From contig NZ_CAJUHF010000001.1 of NCBI RefSeq assembly GCF_910585845.1, positions 15,879 through 79,878 on the forward strand: 64,000 nt of DNA, read 5' to 3'. The translations under genes were made by a program, and so were the position numbers. This stretch comes from an uncultured Bacteroides sp. (GTDB lineage: Bacteria > Bacteroidota > Bacteroidia > Bacteroidales > Bacteroidaceae). Position 1 is the stretch's first letter. The number at the start of each line of letters is the position of its first letter. The notes below the pieces were generated by a model that saw only the letters and a list, made by a program, of their open reading frames with translations, ran no database searches and was not told the DNA's origin. Shown piece by piece: positions 26,583 through 35,195 of this stretch.

Positions 26583-27905
26583 ATGGCTACATTCAAAGCA
26601 GAGGTGTACGCTCACCAAAAAAGGGCTGACGGCACATATAATATAAAGATAAGGGTTATACACCAAAAGAGGAAAAAGTACATCCCGACCACTTACTACG
26701 TGACAAAGGATGATTTGACACGCACGACTTTCAAATTGAAAAACCAAAAGTACATAGATGCCACCGATGATATGATAAAGAAATACCGTTCCATTTGTGA
26801 CCGCATGGGGGAACGGCTTAAATCCATGACCGTTGAGCAGGTGGTAGATGCAATCACTAACGACAATGGGGAACACTTCGATTTGGATATAGTGGCTTAT
26901 GCCCGTCAATACATATTGCACTTAAAGGAAACCGGGCATACAGGCAATGCGCTTTCTTACCAAGTAGCTATTAACAACCTTGTACGCTTTGTTGGCAGGG
27001 ATAGCGTGAGCATAAAAGAAATCACGGTTAAGTTTATCAATGATTGGATAAAGTGGATAAAAGAGAATCCGGCACGTTCCAAACCCGAAGCCAATCACGG
27101 AGAAAGGGCACAGAGCCTATATATATCCCAGCTAAGAGCCATACACAACCGAGCAAAGAAAGAGTTTAACGATGAGGATGCCGGGCTGATACGCATTCCC
27201 TATTCTCCTTTTAAGAGGGTGGAAATTCCAAAAGTTCCAGTTACAAGAAAAAGGGCTATTTCTACGGATTTACTTCGTAAATTTTCGGAGCTGCCTTATT
27301 CTTTGATTATGCAACCGGGGACAAACAGGTACAATCTCGCAAAGGATGTCTTTCTTTTGAGTTTCTGCCTAATCGGAATGAATGCGGTAGATTTGTACAC
27401 TTGTACGGATTTGAAGAAAGGACGAATTACATACCAACGGACAAAAACAAAGAATCGGAGAGCCGACAAAGCGGAAATATCTGTGAGGATAGAGCCGGAA
27501 CTAAAAGCCCTTATGAAAAAATATAAAGACCATACCGGGCAAAGGGTCTTTAATTTCTACAAGCTGTATTCAAGCGTGGATAGCTTTACGGCTGCAATTA
27601 ACAAGGGTTTGAAAAAGATTGGTGATGATTTGGGAATAGATGATTTGGAGTTTTACGCAGCCCGCCATACATGGGCAACCATTGCAAGCAATGAAGCCGG
27701 AGTAGATAAATACACCGTTCACACAGCTCTTAACCACGTGGACGAAAATATGAGAGTGACGGATATTTATATTGCGAAATCGTGGGACAGCATAGATGCT
27801 GCCAACCGTAAGGTATTGGATTATGTCAAGCTATCTTTGGATGATGTAACAGAAAAGAAGTATATACCCAAAAATAAGCGTGTTTTGCCTAAGCAAAATT
27901 TGTAA
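26583..27905 (+). CDS. Tyrosine-type site-specific integrase (Bacteroidetes phage-integrase type with N-terminal arm-binding domain)
   Basis: 440 aa. N-terminus MATFKAEVYAHQKRADGTYNIKIRVIHQ. Catalytic region ...AARHTWATIA...LNHVDENMRVTDIYI (H-x-x-R and the terminal Tyr). Confidence 0.85.
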   Translation: MATFKAEVYAHQKRADGTYNIKIRVIHQKRKKYIPTTYYVTKDDLTRTTFKLKNQKYIDATDDMIKKYRSICDRMGERLKSMTVEQVVDAITNDNGEHFDLDIVAYARQYILHLKETGHTGNALSYQVAINNLVRFVGRDSVSIKEITVKFINDWIKWIKENPARSKPEANHGERAQSLYISQLRAIHNRAKKEFNDEDAGLIRIPYSPFKRVEIPKVPVTRKRAISTDLLRKFSELPYSLIMQPGTNRYNLAKDVFLLSFCLIGMNAVDLYTCTDLKKGRITYQRTKTKNRRADKAEISVRIEPELKALMKKYKDHTGQRVFNFYKLYSSVDSFTAAINKGLKKIGDDLGIDDLEFYAARHTWATIASNEAGVDKYTVHTALNHVDENMRVTDIYIAKSWDSIDAANRKVLDYVKLSLDDVTEKKYIPKNKRVLPKQNL

Positions 27906-28277
27906 GCTGTTATAGTTCAGTGATTTACAAGCCTATTTTTGCTTAGGCAAAATTTTAATAGGTGTTTATCTATCCTCTAAATCTGTATTATCTCTGATAA
28001 TCAGATAGTTGCAAATTTTGCCTAAGCAAATTGCCTAAGCAAAATGATTTTGCCTAAGCAAAAATTATAATATTCTGATAATCAAATAAATAGTTGTTTT
28101 TAAGCCTAAAAATAGTGTTTTGCCTAAGCAAAATTTGCAAATGATTGAAATACAGTGTGTTATAAGCGTTATTTTGCCTAAGCAAAAATATAGCCTTTTT
28201 GCGTTTGCCTAAGCAAAATTTGTAAGCTGTTATAGTTCAGTGATTTACAAGCCTATTTTTGCTTAGGCAAAATTTTA
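27885..28277. repeat. Array of nine TTGCCTAAGCAA motifs, including a 73-bp direct repeat
   Basis: Plus-orientation copies start at 27885, 28018, 28031, 28050, 28120, 28174 and 28205; inverted copies (TTGCTTAGGCAA) at 27939 and 28259. Segments 27885-27957 and 28205-28277 are identical, and each can fold as a ~19-bp stem hairpin. The first copy overlaps the integrase stop. Confidence 0.85.
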
Positions 28278-28365
28278 TGCAAGTTATAAGGGATAATATA
28301 TACTAATATATAATATTATATAGTTAATTAAGAGTAAATATATGAAATAGGGGTGTGGGGGAAGA

Positions 28366-28396
28366 ACAAAAAAAGGCGATGCTGATTGCACCGCCT
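28366..28396 (-). terminator. Candidate terminator of the 28404-29126 gene
   Basis: Short stem AGGCG/CGCCT flanked by an A-run on the plus strand (a U-run on the minus transcript), 8 nt after the stop. Confidence 0.4.
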
Positions 28397-28403
28397 CTAT
28401 GTA

Positions 28404-29126
28404 TCAAAAATCATCACTTACATTCATTACCTTGTTGATGGAACTATTTATTTCAGTGACTTTATCACCAAATCCTTTTAGGATGTAATCTAAATAAGAA
28501 ATAATAATCTCATTTTCTTTTATCCACTTCTCCCGGTATTTAATTTCTTTTTTCCCCTTTTTTGAATTACTGTCAAATGTCAGTATCTTTTCTTTGTACT
28601 CTTTATTTTGGCTAATGTATTTTTCTCGTACGCTTATGATGTTATCATAACCCCATGAAGTTTCTTTTTTAAAATCATATTCAGATAATTTGGTAATCAT
28701 CTCTAACTCTTCAATCATACTTTCTAAAGAACTTGTGGGAAGATATTCAGTTTCGACATTTCTATCAGGCTGTACACTTGATGTGAAGTTTGAGAATATA
28801 ATGCGGTATTTGTTTTCCCGACAATCAATTTTCACATTCATGTTAACTCTGATTTTAGAGTAGCTGTTTACTCCATTTTTTTTAGATAGGTATGAAGATA
28901 CTTTTAGAATGGTTGTCCCGCTTTCTTTATCGCTTGTGTCAATAGACGAATCCCACTCTGTGGTGTTAGTACTCGCCCACTGTTGGGCATTTAAAAACAA
29001 ATAATCTTTTGAACCCTTAACCTCTGTTATGTATTCAGTTTTAGCCCCAATTTCACTATACGTGTTTTGAGCAAAGGAATTTCCTGTTATCAAAGCTATC
29101 AGGCAAAGCATTAGCAAAGTTTTCAT
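28404..29126 (-). CDS. Secreted hypothetical protein, DUF4468-like N-terminal half plus K/E-rich C-terminal half (prophage moron)
   Basis: Track ORF 28404-29234 starts at TTG. I prefer the ATG at 29126 (MKTLLMLCLIALITGNSFAQ signal peptide). The DUF4468 call is from memory only. Confidence 0.55.
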   Translation of the reverse strand: MKTLLMLCLIALITGNSFAQNTYSEIGAKTEYITEVKGSKDYLFLNAQQWASTNTTEWDSSIDTSDKESGTTILKVSSYLSKKNGVNSYSKIRVNMNVKIDCRENKYRIIFSNFTSSVQPDRNVETEYLPTSSLESMIEELEMITKLSEYDFKKETSWGYDNIISVREKYISQNKEYKEKILTFDSNSKKGKKEIKYREKWIKENEIIISYLDYILKGFGDKVTEINSSINKVMNVSDDF

Positions 29127-29194
29127 AAGTGTGTATTTAACGGTTGTACTTAGCAAGCTACTGTAATACACACGAAAGCGTGGGATTACTCCGA

Positions 29195-29312
29195 GGATTA
29201 AGAGGTACGACCAAGCACCTAACAGCCCATACAAGAGTAATGCCCACGCAAAGCGCAGGCATTAGCAAATTGTCTGAGGGCTGTTTCTGAAATTTGGTCG
29301 TTTTCTTAATCC
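29195..29312. other. 118-nt four-helix imperfect hairpin (candidate structured RNA or DNA cruciform)
   Basis: Nested complementary pairs: GGATTAAGA (29195-29203)/TCTTAATCC (29304-29312); CGACCAA (29208-29214)/TTGGTCG (29294-29300); AACAGCCC (29221-29228)/GGGCTGTT (29278-29285); TAATGCC (29238-29244)/GGCATTA (29258-29264). The element is GC-richer than its surroundings. Confidence 0.6.
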
Positions 29313-29462
29313 CTACAACAATAGCCAATGCTATTTAGTGATATTTTAATTCAGCAGCAAATATAGTGTATTATTTGTTATAAAAATAGTCTTGCAGTGT
29401 TATATTTATAATGACGTATCAAAAATATATAGGTTTTTGTTTCCAAATAAGCGGGGATTTTG

Positions 29463-29470
29463 TACCTTTG
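29463..29470 (+). promoter_or_regulatory. Candidate -7 box TACCTTTG for the two small membrane-protein genes
   Basis: Matches TAnnTTTG, 19 nt upstream of the ATG at 29489. Confidence 0.4.
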
Positions 29471-29488
29471 TAGAAAATAGTAGTTTAT

Positions 29489-29731
29489 ATGGGTAATTGG
29501 AGCGTACAACAAGAAGCTAAGAAAGAAGTCAAGGAGAAAGATAAAGTGAGGCGTGAAAAACTTGCTGGATTCTTTTTTAACTTGGCGCAACTCACATTTG
29601 CGGGTTTGGTTCTTGGTGGAATAACTCCGATATATGCCAATGTGGAAGCTGGTATAAACTGGTATGTTTTGACAGCAGGGAGTGTTTGGACTATAATGCT
29701 TGCTAAAGTAGGAAATACAATTTTAAAATAA
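29489..29731 (+). CDS. Small membrane protein (80 aa, two predicted TM helices)
   Basis: Track ORF with a charged N-terminus, then FFFNLAQLTFAGLVLGGITPIY and WYVLTAGSVWTIMLAKV. Confidence 0.55.
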   Translation: MGNWSVQQEAKKEVKEKDKVRREKLAGFFFNLAQLTFAGLVLGGITPIYANVEAGINWYVLTAGSVWTIMLAKVGNTILK

Positions 29732-29736
29732 TAGAT

Positions 29737-29841
29737 ATGGAAATGTTAGGAGCTATCTTTACCGTTGGAATAGTTGTGACGGGTGCATTTATGATTTGGC
29801 TAAGAACAAAATCTGGCAAGAAATGGCTTGCTAATTTGTGA
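29737..29841 (+). CDS. 34-aa single-TM mini-protein
   Basis: Own translation: MEMLGAIFTVGIVVTGAFMIWLRTKSGKKWLANL. It starts 5 nt after the previous stop and is followed by a strong terminator. Confidence 0.4.
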   Translation: MEMLGAIFTVGIVVTGAFMIWLRTKSGKKWLANL

Positions 29842-29858
29842 TATGGAATATTTGTAAG

Positions 29859-29904
29859 AAATAGCCCCATGCAGACTAATAATGTTTGCATGGGGCTATT
29901 TTTG
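29859..29904. terminator. Bidirectional terminator between convergent units
   Basis: AAATAGCCCCATGCA-N14-TGCATGGGGCTATTT followed by TTT. Confidence 0.7.
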
Positions 29905-30156
29905 TTCTTCAAACATTCTTCCAAATCCAGTAAGCAGCCATTTGGCACTTACTCCATACTCCTTAACCATAGGATACAACCAAGATAATTGAAACCATCC
30001 ACGCTCCAAGTCTTTTCTTTGCGCAATAAAATTTCTTCTATCTATGTTGTTGAGCCTACAGTATGTATTTACTCCTCTTATTTTCTTCATGGCTATAATG
30101 GCATCCAGCGCACTATAGAACCTTTCCATTATTTGCTTGCTTATGACGGTATTCAT
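29896..30156 (-). CDS. Small DNA-binding protein (phage CI-repressor-type HTH-like C-terminus)
   Basis: 86 aa. ...EYGVSAKWLLTGFG resembles the end of Phage_CI_repr HTH domains. It is the last gene of the repressor operon. Confidence 0.45.
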   Translation of the reverse strand: MNTVISKQIMERFYSALDAIIAMKKIRGVNTYCRLNNIDRRNFIAQRKDLERGWFQLSWLYPMVKEYGVSAKWLLTGFGRMFEEQK

Positions 30157-30353
30157 TGCGATATATGGCTCTTCAAGTTCTCTATATCGGATTTTAGCAA
30201 CTCCAATTCACCTGTAGGCTCATTGGTTATTATAGCCGTAGTAATAGCGTTGGATATTTCCCTTTGCGCATCTAATACCCTATCAGGGTTTACCCGGTTA
30301 ATTAAAAGGACTTCTTTGTAGAGGTCTATAACCATTCTATAATACTTTTCCAT
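30153..30353 (-). CDS. Hypothetical phage protein (66 aa)
   Basis: Track ORF with a 4-nt overlap with the downstream gene, in the same operon as the repressor. Confidence 0.45.
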   Translation of the reverse strand: MEKYYRMVIDLYKEVLLINRVNPDRVLDAQREISNAITTAIITNEPTGELELLKSDIENLKSHISQ

Positions 30354-30383
30354 ATCAATACTTCCTTTGCTTTAAACCAAACA

Positions 30384-30827
30384 CTATACGGCATTGGCAC
30401 ATTCGGCAGGATTCTCCGTTTGGGCACTTCCCTTTTTAAGTTCCTCTATTTCGTTTTGCAATCTGCCTATCAATCTATTCAACCGTTCTATTTCCTTATC
30501 TTTTTCTACTAACATTCCATAAGGTGCAATCAGCTTGTCATTCATCATCTTTACGACTTGTCTTGAAAAAGCGTCAGCACCAGCAAACATGAAATCTTCG
30601 GGAGTGACTTCTTTTAATACCGTATTTTGTTTTGGTGATATATCCGAATAATATTTTGAAATATCACCGAATTCAGACTGCAATATATCCAATTTCTCTT
30701 TTGAAATAGGTTTTATTCCGTTTTCTATATTTGAAATATAGTTTTGTTTACACATTAATATCTCTGCCAACTCCTTTTGAGTAAGTTTTCTATCAAGCCT
30801 AAACCTCTTTAAATCAAATCGTTGCAT
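30384..30827 (-). CDS. CI-like phage repressor (XRE HTH plus coiled-coil C-terminus)
   Basis: 147 aa. LDRKLTQKELAEILMCKQNYISNIENG is an XRE HTH. It is divergent from a Cro-like gene. Confidence 0.7.
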   Translation of the reverse strand: MQRFDLKRFRLDRKLTQKELAEILMCKQNYISNIENGIKPISKEKLDILQSEFGDISKYYSDISPKQNTVLKEVTPEDFMFAGADAFSRQVVKMMNDKLIAPYGMLVEKDKEIERLNRLIGRLQNEIEELKKGSAQTENPAECANAV

Positions 30828-30852
30828 ATAAATAGAATATTTTTAATAGAAA

Positions 30853-30898
30853 ATATATCCAAAAGTTTTGTTATATTCGGATATATAGCCTATATTTG
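30853..30898 (+). promoter_or_regulatory. Rightward early promoter with flanking operator-like inverted repeat
   Basis: ATATATCC (30853-30860) and GGATATAT (30879-30886) flank the -33 TTTG (30867-30870). The -7 TATATTTG is at 30891-30898 (20-nt spacer). The same module recurs, inverted, at 59430-59486. Confidence 0.55.
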
Positions 30899-30941
30899 TT
30901 GCGTAATTAAATAAATGACATTACAAATATAGCCAAAAAGC

Positions 30942-30957
30942 GTGTTTGTAGAACATA
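30942..30957. promoter_or_regulatory. Dyad motif copy 1 (GTGTTTGTAGAACATA)
   Basis: Family TGTGTT(T)-N3-5-(A)AAC(A/G)CA, 14 nt before the Cro-like ATG. Confidence 0.5.
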
Positions 30958-30970
30958 TAAATTAGAGAAA

Positions 30971-31216
30971 ATGAAAAAAGTAACCCAAAAAGACTATCAG
31001 TCTTTTATTCAGATTTACAAAGGATTGCCTGAAAGGAGTGCTGTAAAAGCTCCAAAAACTGAGTTTGTGGAGGAAATAGCGGCTCTGTGTATGTGTAGTA
31101 CCAAGACGGTACGAATGTGGATTCATGGCGTACAAAAGCCGGATGCCCTCAAACAAAAGATGATTAGTGATAAACTGGGCGTTCCAGCCGATATTTTATT
31201 TCCTGTTACAGAATGA
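30971..31216 (+). CDS. Cro-like/early HTH regulator
   Basis: 81 aa. EIAALCMCSTKTVRMWIHGVQKP is HTH-like. It is the first gene of the rightward early operon, divergent from the repressor. Confidence 0.55.
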   Translation: MKKVTQKDYQSFIQIYKGLPERSAVKAPKTEFVEEIAALCMCSTKTVRMWIHGVQKPDALKQKMISDKLGVPADILFPVTE

Positions 31217-31764
31217 AAGCTATAGAGTTCTACACAACCCCGGAGGGTGAAGTTACTATGCGCCCTATCGGAGAAGCCGAAAGGCAGTTGAAAGAAACTG
31301 ATACCGACTTTATCCAAGCTTTCTTGGCTATACTGAGGGAGTTTTATCCCGAAGCATACGATGCGCTTATGGATATATACTCTAAAAATTCAAACAACAA
31401 GAGGTATCGGGATTTCATAGCGGTGCGTAGATTCATTAAATGCAACTTCGGTCTGTATGACAACATGATTGATGTAGATGAGAATTGGAACTTTAATTTT
31501 GAGTTTGTAGGTTGTCCATTACGTGGAGAATGCAAACATGATAAAGTTATTTGCGCTCCTAAATTCAACTCTAAGTTGTCCGATAGGCAAATAGAAGTTA
31601 TGCGAATGCTCTATGATGGGAAAAACGATTCAGAAATAGCCGAAAAGCTGTTTATCTCTTTAAATACCGTGAACAACCATAGAAAAAACAGTTTCCGAAA
31701 GGTTGGAGTACATTCAATGGCTGAATTTATGCGGTATGCTATGACTAACAATCTTTTCAAATAA
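31213..31764 (+). CDS. LuxR/GerE-type HTH transcriptional regulator
   Basis: 183 aa. The C-terminus LSDRQIEVMRMLYDGKNDSEIAEKLFISLNTVNNHRKNSFRKVGV is a GerE-type HTH. Confidence 0.75.
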   Translation: MKAIEFYTTPEGEVTMRPIGEAERQLKETDTDFIQAFLAILREFYPEAYDALMDIYSKNSNNKRYRDFIAVRRFIKCNFGLYDNMIDVDENWNFNFEFVGCPLRGECKHDKVICAPKFNSKLSDRQIEVMRMLYDGKNDSEIAEKLFISLNTVNNHRKNSFRKVGVHSMAEFMRYAMTNNLFK

Positions 31765-31778
31765 CAAATGCAACACCG

Positions 31779-31991
31779 ATGAAAGGAGAAACTTTAGCAA
31801 ACCTTATCCAATGTGGCGTTACGCTACTTCTTGGCATTATTGCCCTTGCTGGGGCATTGTTCTGTAATGCCTCATTTCACTTCTTTACCGCTATGGCTTG
31901 TTTTTGGCTGGCATGGGTTTTCTATACCGACAATGAGTATGGGATAGTAAGTGTTAGAGAATATTTTAAGAACCGCTACAAAAAGGACTGA
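31779..31991 (+). CDS. Small membrane protein (70 aa, two TM helices)
   Basis: Track ORF with hydrophobic stretches VTLLLGIIALAGALF and FFTAMACFWLAWVFY. Confidence 0.5.
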   Translation: MKGETLANLIQCGVTLLLGIIALAGALFCNASFHFFTAMACFWLAWVFYTDNEYGIVSVREYFKNRYKKD

Positions 31992-31994
31992 CTT

Positions 31995-32279
31995 ATGGCA
32001 ATTCAGATGGAACTATACGAGTTAAAGAATCTCTGTATGGAAATGGCTTCTTTGGGTGCTGCCAACTATGTAAAACAGACTATCCCGGCAAAAGACCTCA
32101 TTTCACAACGTGAAGCATACAGATTGTTTCAAGAGTGCCGGGTGAAACGCTGGCAAAAAGACGGCAGAGTTTCTACTATCCGTGGCGGTAGCTCTATACA
32201 TTCCAAAGTATTGTATTCACGTGCCGAACTTATGGCAGTGGATAAATCAGAGAAAATCAACTCTATAATTAATAAGTGA
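31995..32279 (+). CDS. Hypothetical phage protein (94 aa), possibly excisionase/MerR-like HTH
   Basis: Track ORF. ISQREAYRLFQECRVKRWQKDGRV is weakly HTH_17-like. Function is uncertain. Confidence 0.4.
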   Translation: MAIQMELYELKNLCMEMASLGAANYVKQTIPAKDLISQREAYRLFQECRVKRWQKDGRVSTIRGGSSIHSKVLYSRAELMAVDKSEKINSIINK

Positions 32280-32280
32280 T

Positions 32281-34242
32281 ATGCGAACAATCAAATTAAA
32301 ATCATTATCCCTTGTGAATTTTAAGGGAATCAGAAGCCTAAATATCGGTTTCTCCGATGCGGAAACGCTGGTTGCTGGAGAAAATGGTACGGGCAAAACA
32401 ACTGTGTTCGATTCATTCCTTTGGCTTCTTTTTGGAAAAGACAGTACGGGACGGTCGGATAGTAATTTCAACATTAAAACGTTGGATTCGGACGGCAAGC
32501 CTATTTTGCACCTTGAACACTCCGTTACTGGTGTACTATCAGTGGATGGCAAGACGGTAACACTGCAACGCTGCTATGTGGAAAACTGGGTCAAGCCACG
32601 TGGAACTACGGAAGAAAGCCTAAAGAATCATGCAACAGAGTTCTATTTGAACGGTGTTAAGTTGGCTACCAAAAAGGAGTATGATAGTGAAGTAGCTGCC
32701 ATCATCCCGGAAGATGTTTTCCGAATGATAACCAACCCTTTCTACTTTACATCAATGAAGCCGGAAGCGCAAAAAGAAATCCTTTTGGATATGGTAGGAA
32801 CGCTTACCGACCAAGACGTAGCGCAGACCAAGCCCGAATATTTGGAGTTGCTGGCTCAGTTGTCCGGCAGGAGCATCGCCCAATACGCCAAAGAGGTAGC
32901 CGCCAAGAAAAAGGCTTGCAAAGATGAATTGTCAGTTATTCCCTCTCAGATAGAAACGGCTCGTAAACTTATGCCGGAGGAAGAGGATTGGGTAGCCATT
33001 GATAGTGAGATTGAGGATAAAAATGCCCGTATTCAGCAGATAGAGGAACAAATTGCCGACAAATCAAAGCTGAATGAGCAGGAATATCAACGTAAGGCTT
33101 TTATCCAAAAGCAAATAGGTGAAAAACGCCTACAACTCAATAGTAGAATGAATGAAATCGCTACAGAAGCTAACAAAGGGTGCAATGAGGCATCTTTGAA
33201 GCTGAACGAATTGGAATATTCGTTGCGTACTGAAAAAGCCTCTTTAGACAGAAAAAGGCAATCGGTTGCGGATATGGATATTGAGATAGAAAAGCTTAAT
33301 ACCAAATTGTCCGCATTGCGTGGTGAATTTTCATTTATCAGCAAGGAGGAACTTACCTATAATGAGGGTGAATTTATTTGCCCCACTTGCAAACGTCCTT
33401 TGGAAATTGAGGATATAGAAGCCAAGCAGCGTGAAATGCAAGCCAACTTTAACGCTAATAAGGCGGCACGTCTGAAAGCGAATAAAGAGGCTGGCATGGC
33501 TAAAAAGCAACGGCTTGAAGAAATGCAAGGGCTTAAAGACCGTACCAATGCCGAAATCGAGGAGCTGGAACAAAAGATAGAGCGTATCAATGCCGATATT
33601 CAACAAGCAAAGGCTTCTATCCCCGAGGCGCAAAACGTGGAAGCAATGATAGCATCCGACCGAACTTGCATTGACATCAAGAACGAGATTGTCGAACTTG
33701 AAAATCAGCTCAAAGTGGATGCAAAGATTGTGGACGTGTCGGAACTGCAATCGGAGAAAAGAACTTTGAATGAAGCCGTGCAAGGCTTATACAAGCGTTT
33801 GGCAAACCGTGAACAAATCGGCAGGGCTGAAAAGGAAATCGCTTCTTTGGAAGAAAAGCGCATTGCCAACAATCAAAAGTTGGCAGACCTTGAAAAATGG
33901 GAGTTTACGGCACTCCAATTCCAAAAGGATAAGGATGCGGAGCTGTTGAAACGCATTAACGGAATGTTCAGATATGTATCATTCTCCTTTGTGAACGAAC
34001 AACTGAACGGAGGCGAAAAACTGACGTGTGTATGCACCGTGAACGGTACACCTTTCCTTGACGTGAACAATGCCGGACAAATCAATGCCGGAATAGATAT
34101 AATCAATGCCATTTGCACGGCAAAGGGGGTATCTGCACCGATTTTCGTTGATAATGCGGAAAGCGTGAATCAAATAATCCCATCACTCAGTCAGATTATC
34201 CGGCTGGTGGTAACTACGGACAAAGAACTAACCATTAAATAA
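32281..34242 (+). CDS. SbcC/Rad50-like AAA ATPase (coiled-coil)
   Basis: 653 aa. N-terminal Walker A (LVAGENGTGKTTVFDS), a long coiled-coil middle containing CPTCKRP (zinc hook-like), and a C-terminal IFVDNAES Walker B-like motif. Confidence 0.75.
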   Translation: MRTIKLKSLSLVNFKGIRSLNIGFSDAETLVAGENGTGKTTVFDSFLWLLFGKDSTGRSDSNFNIKTLDSDGKPILHLEHSVTGVLSVDGKTVTLQRCYVENWVKPRGTTEESLKNHATEFYLNGVKLATKKEYDSEVAAIIPEDVFRMITNPFYFTSMKPEAQKEILLDMVGTLTDQDVAQTKPEYLELLAQLSGRSIAQYAKEVAAKKKACKDELSVIPSQIETARKLMPEEEDWVAIDSEIEDKNARIQQIEEQIADKSKLNEQEYQRKAFIQKQIGEKRLQLNSRMNEIATEANKGCNEASLKLNELEYSLRTEKASLDRKRQSVADMDIEIEKLNTKLSALRGEFSFISKEELTYNEGEFICPTCKRPLEIEDIEAKQREMQANFNANKAARLKANKEAGMAKKQRLEEMQGLKDRTNAEIEELEQKIERINADIQQAKASIPEAQNVEAMIASDRTCIDIKNEIVELENQLKVDAKIVDVSELQSEKRTLNEAVQGLYKRLANREQIGRAEKEIASLEEKRIANNQKLADLEKWEFTALQFQKDKDAELLKRINGMFRYVSFSFVNEQLNGGEKLTCVCTVNGTPFLDVNNAGQINAGIDIINAICTAKGVSAPIFVDNAESVNQIIPSLSQIIRLVVTTDKELTIK

Positions 34243-34250
34243 TTGCGATT

Positions 34251-35189
34251 ATGACACAGCAAGCGACTACAACCATACAACAGGCTGCAAATGGTGGGCA
34301 GGTAGCTACTCAAAGAAAGCCTGTAGATATTCTTAAAAGCATGATGAATGCCGAAAGCGTACAAGAACAATTCAAAAATGCGCTTGGTAAAAATTCGGCA
34401 ACATTCGTAGCCTCTGTAATTGACCTATACAACGGAGATAGCAATCTGCAACTCTGTAATCCTAAACAGGTGGTAATGGAAGCACTCAAAGCTGCCACGT
34501 TACATTTGCCAATAAACAAGGCTTTGGGCTATGCTTTCATTATCCCGTTCAAAAACTCCAAAAAGGATGAAAAGGGCAACTGGATTAAAGTGTATGAGCC
34601 GACTTTTCAAATGGGCTATAAGGGTTATATTCAGCTTGCCATGCGCACGGGACAATACCGTACCATCAATGCGGATGTGGTGTATGATGGTGAGTTGCGC
34701 AAGGTAAACAAACTGACCGGGGAAATAGCCTTTGACGGTGAAAGGAAAAGCGATAAGGTGATAGGCTATTTCTGTTACTTTGAACTTATGAACGGCTTTA
34801 GCAAGACTTTGTACATGACAGTGGAGCAAATGGCAAACCATGCAAAGCGATACAGTAAAGCCATCACAAGCGATAAGGATGTAACGGTTGAAAAGTTGCT
34901 GAATTTGGCTAATTTGCCCGTTTCTCCCGATAGCAACAAGGTTGGTTGGATGGGTAACTTTCACGGAATGGCACAAAAAACCGTTATCCGTAATTTACTG
35001 AGTAAATACGGCTATTTGTCCGTAGAAATGCAAAATGCCATCACCAATGACTACGAGGGTGACGAAACTTCACAGCGTGAAATATTGACCGACAATTACG
35101 CAAACAAACAGTTGATTGATGCGGAAGATGTGAGCTTTGAAAGCGTGTCAAGCGAGCAACAAGCGGAAACTATTGACCCCGGATATTGA
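34251..35189 (+). CDS. recT: RecT-family single-strand annealing recombinase
   Basis: 312 aa. FIIPFKN...FQMGYKGYIQLAMRTGQYRTINADVVYDGE matches the RecT core as I know it. Confidence 0.8.
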   Translation: MTQQATTTIQQAANGGQVATQRKPVDILKSMMNAESVQEQFKNALGKNSATFVASVIDLYNGDSNLQLCNPKQVVMEALKAATLHLPINKALGYAFIIPFKNSKKDEKGNWIKVYEPTFQMGYKGYIQLAMRTGQYRTINADVVYDGELRKVNKLTGEIAFDGERKSDKVIGYFCYFELMNGFSKTLYMTVEQMANHAKRYSKAITSDKDVTVEKLLNLANLPVSPDSNKVGWMGNFHGMAQKTVIRNLLSKYGYLSVEMQNAITNDYEGDETSQREILTDNYANKQLIDAEDVSFESVSSEQQAETIDPGY

Positions 35190-35195
35190 TAGCGT

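Noticed and set aside
27885-28277. Possible CRISPR array (regularly recurring short repeat)
   Set aside because: The repeat core is only 12-16 nt and the spacing is irregular (1 to about 60 nt). Some copies are inverted, and there is no cas gene or leader. It fits a protein-binding site array better.
29126-29234. N-terminal extension (TTG start at 29234) of the secreted moron protein
   Set aside because: The extension lies in the structured hairpin region and precedes a perfect signal peptide that begins at the ATG at 29126.
33087-34173. Several 64-150-aa minus ORFs
   Set aside because: They lie antisense to the SbcC-like ATPase coiled-coil region, where low-complexity codons keep other frames open.
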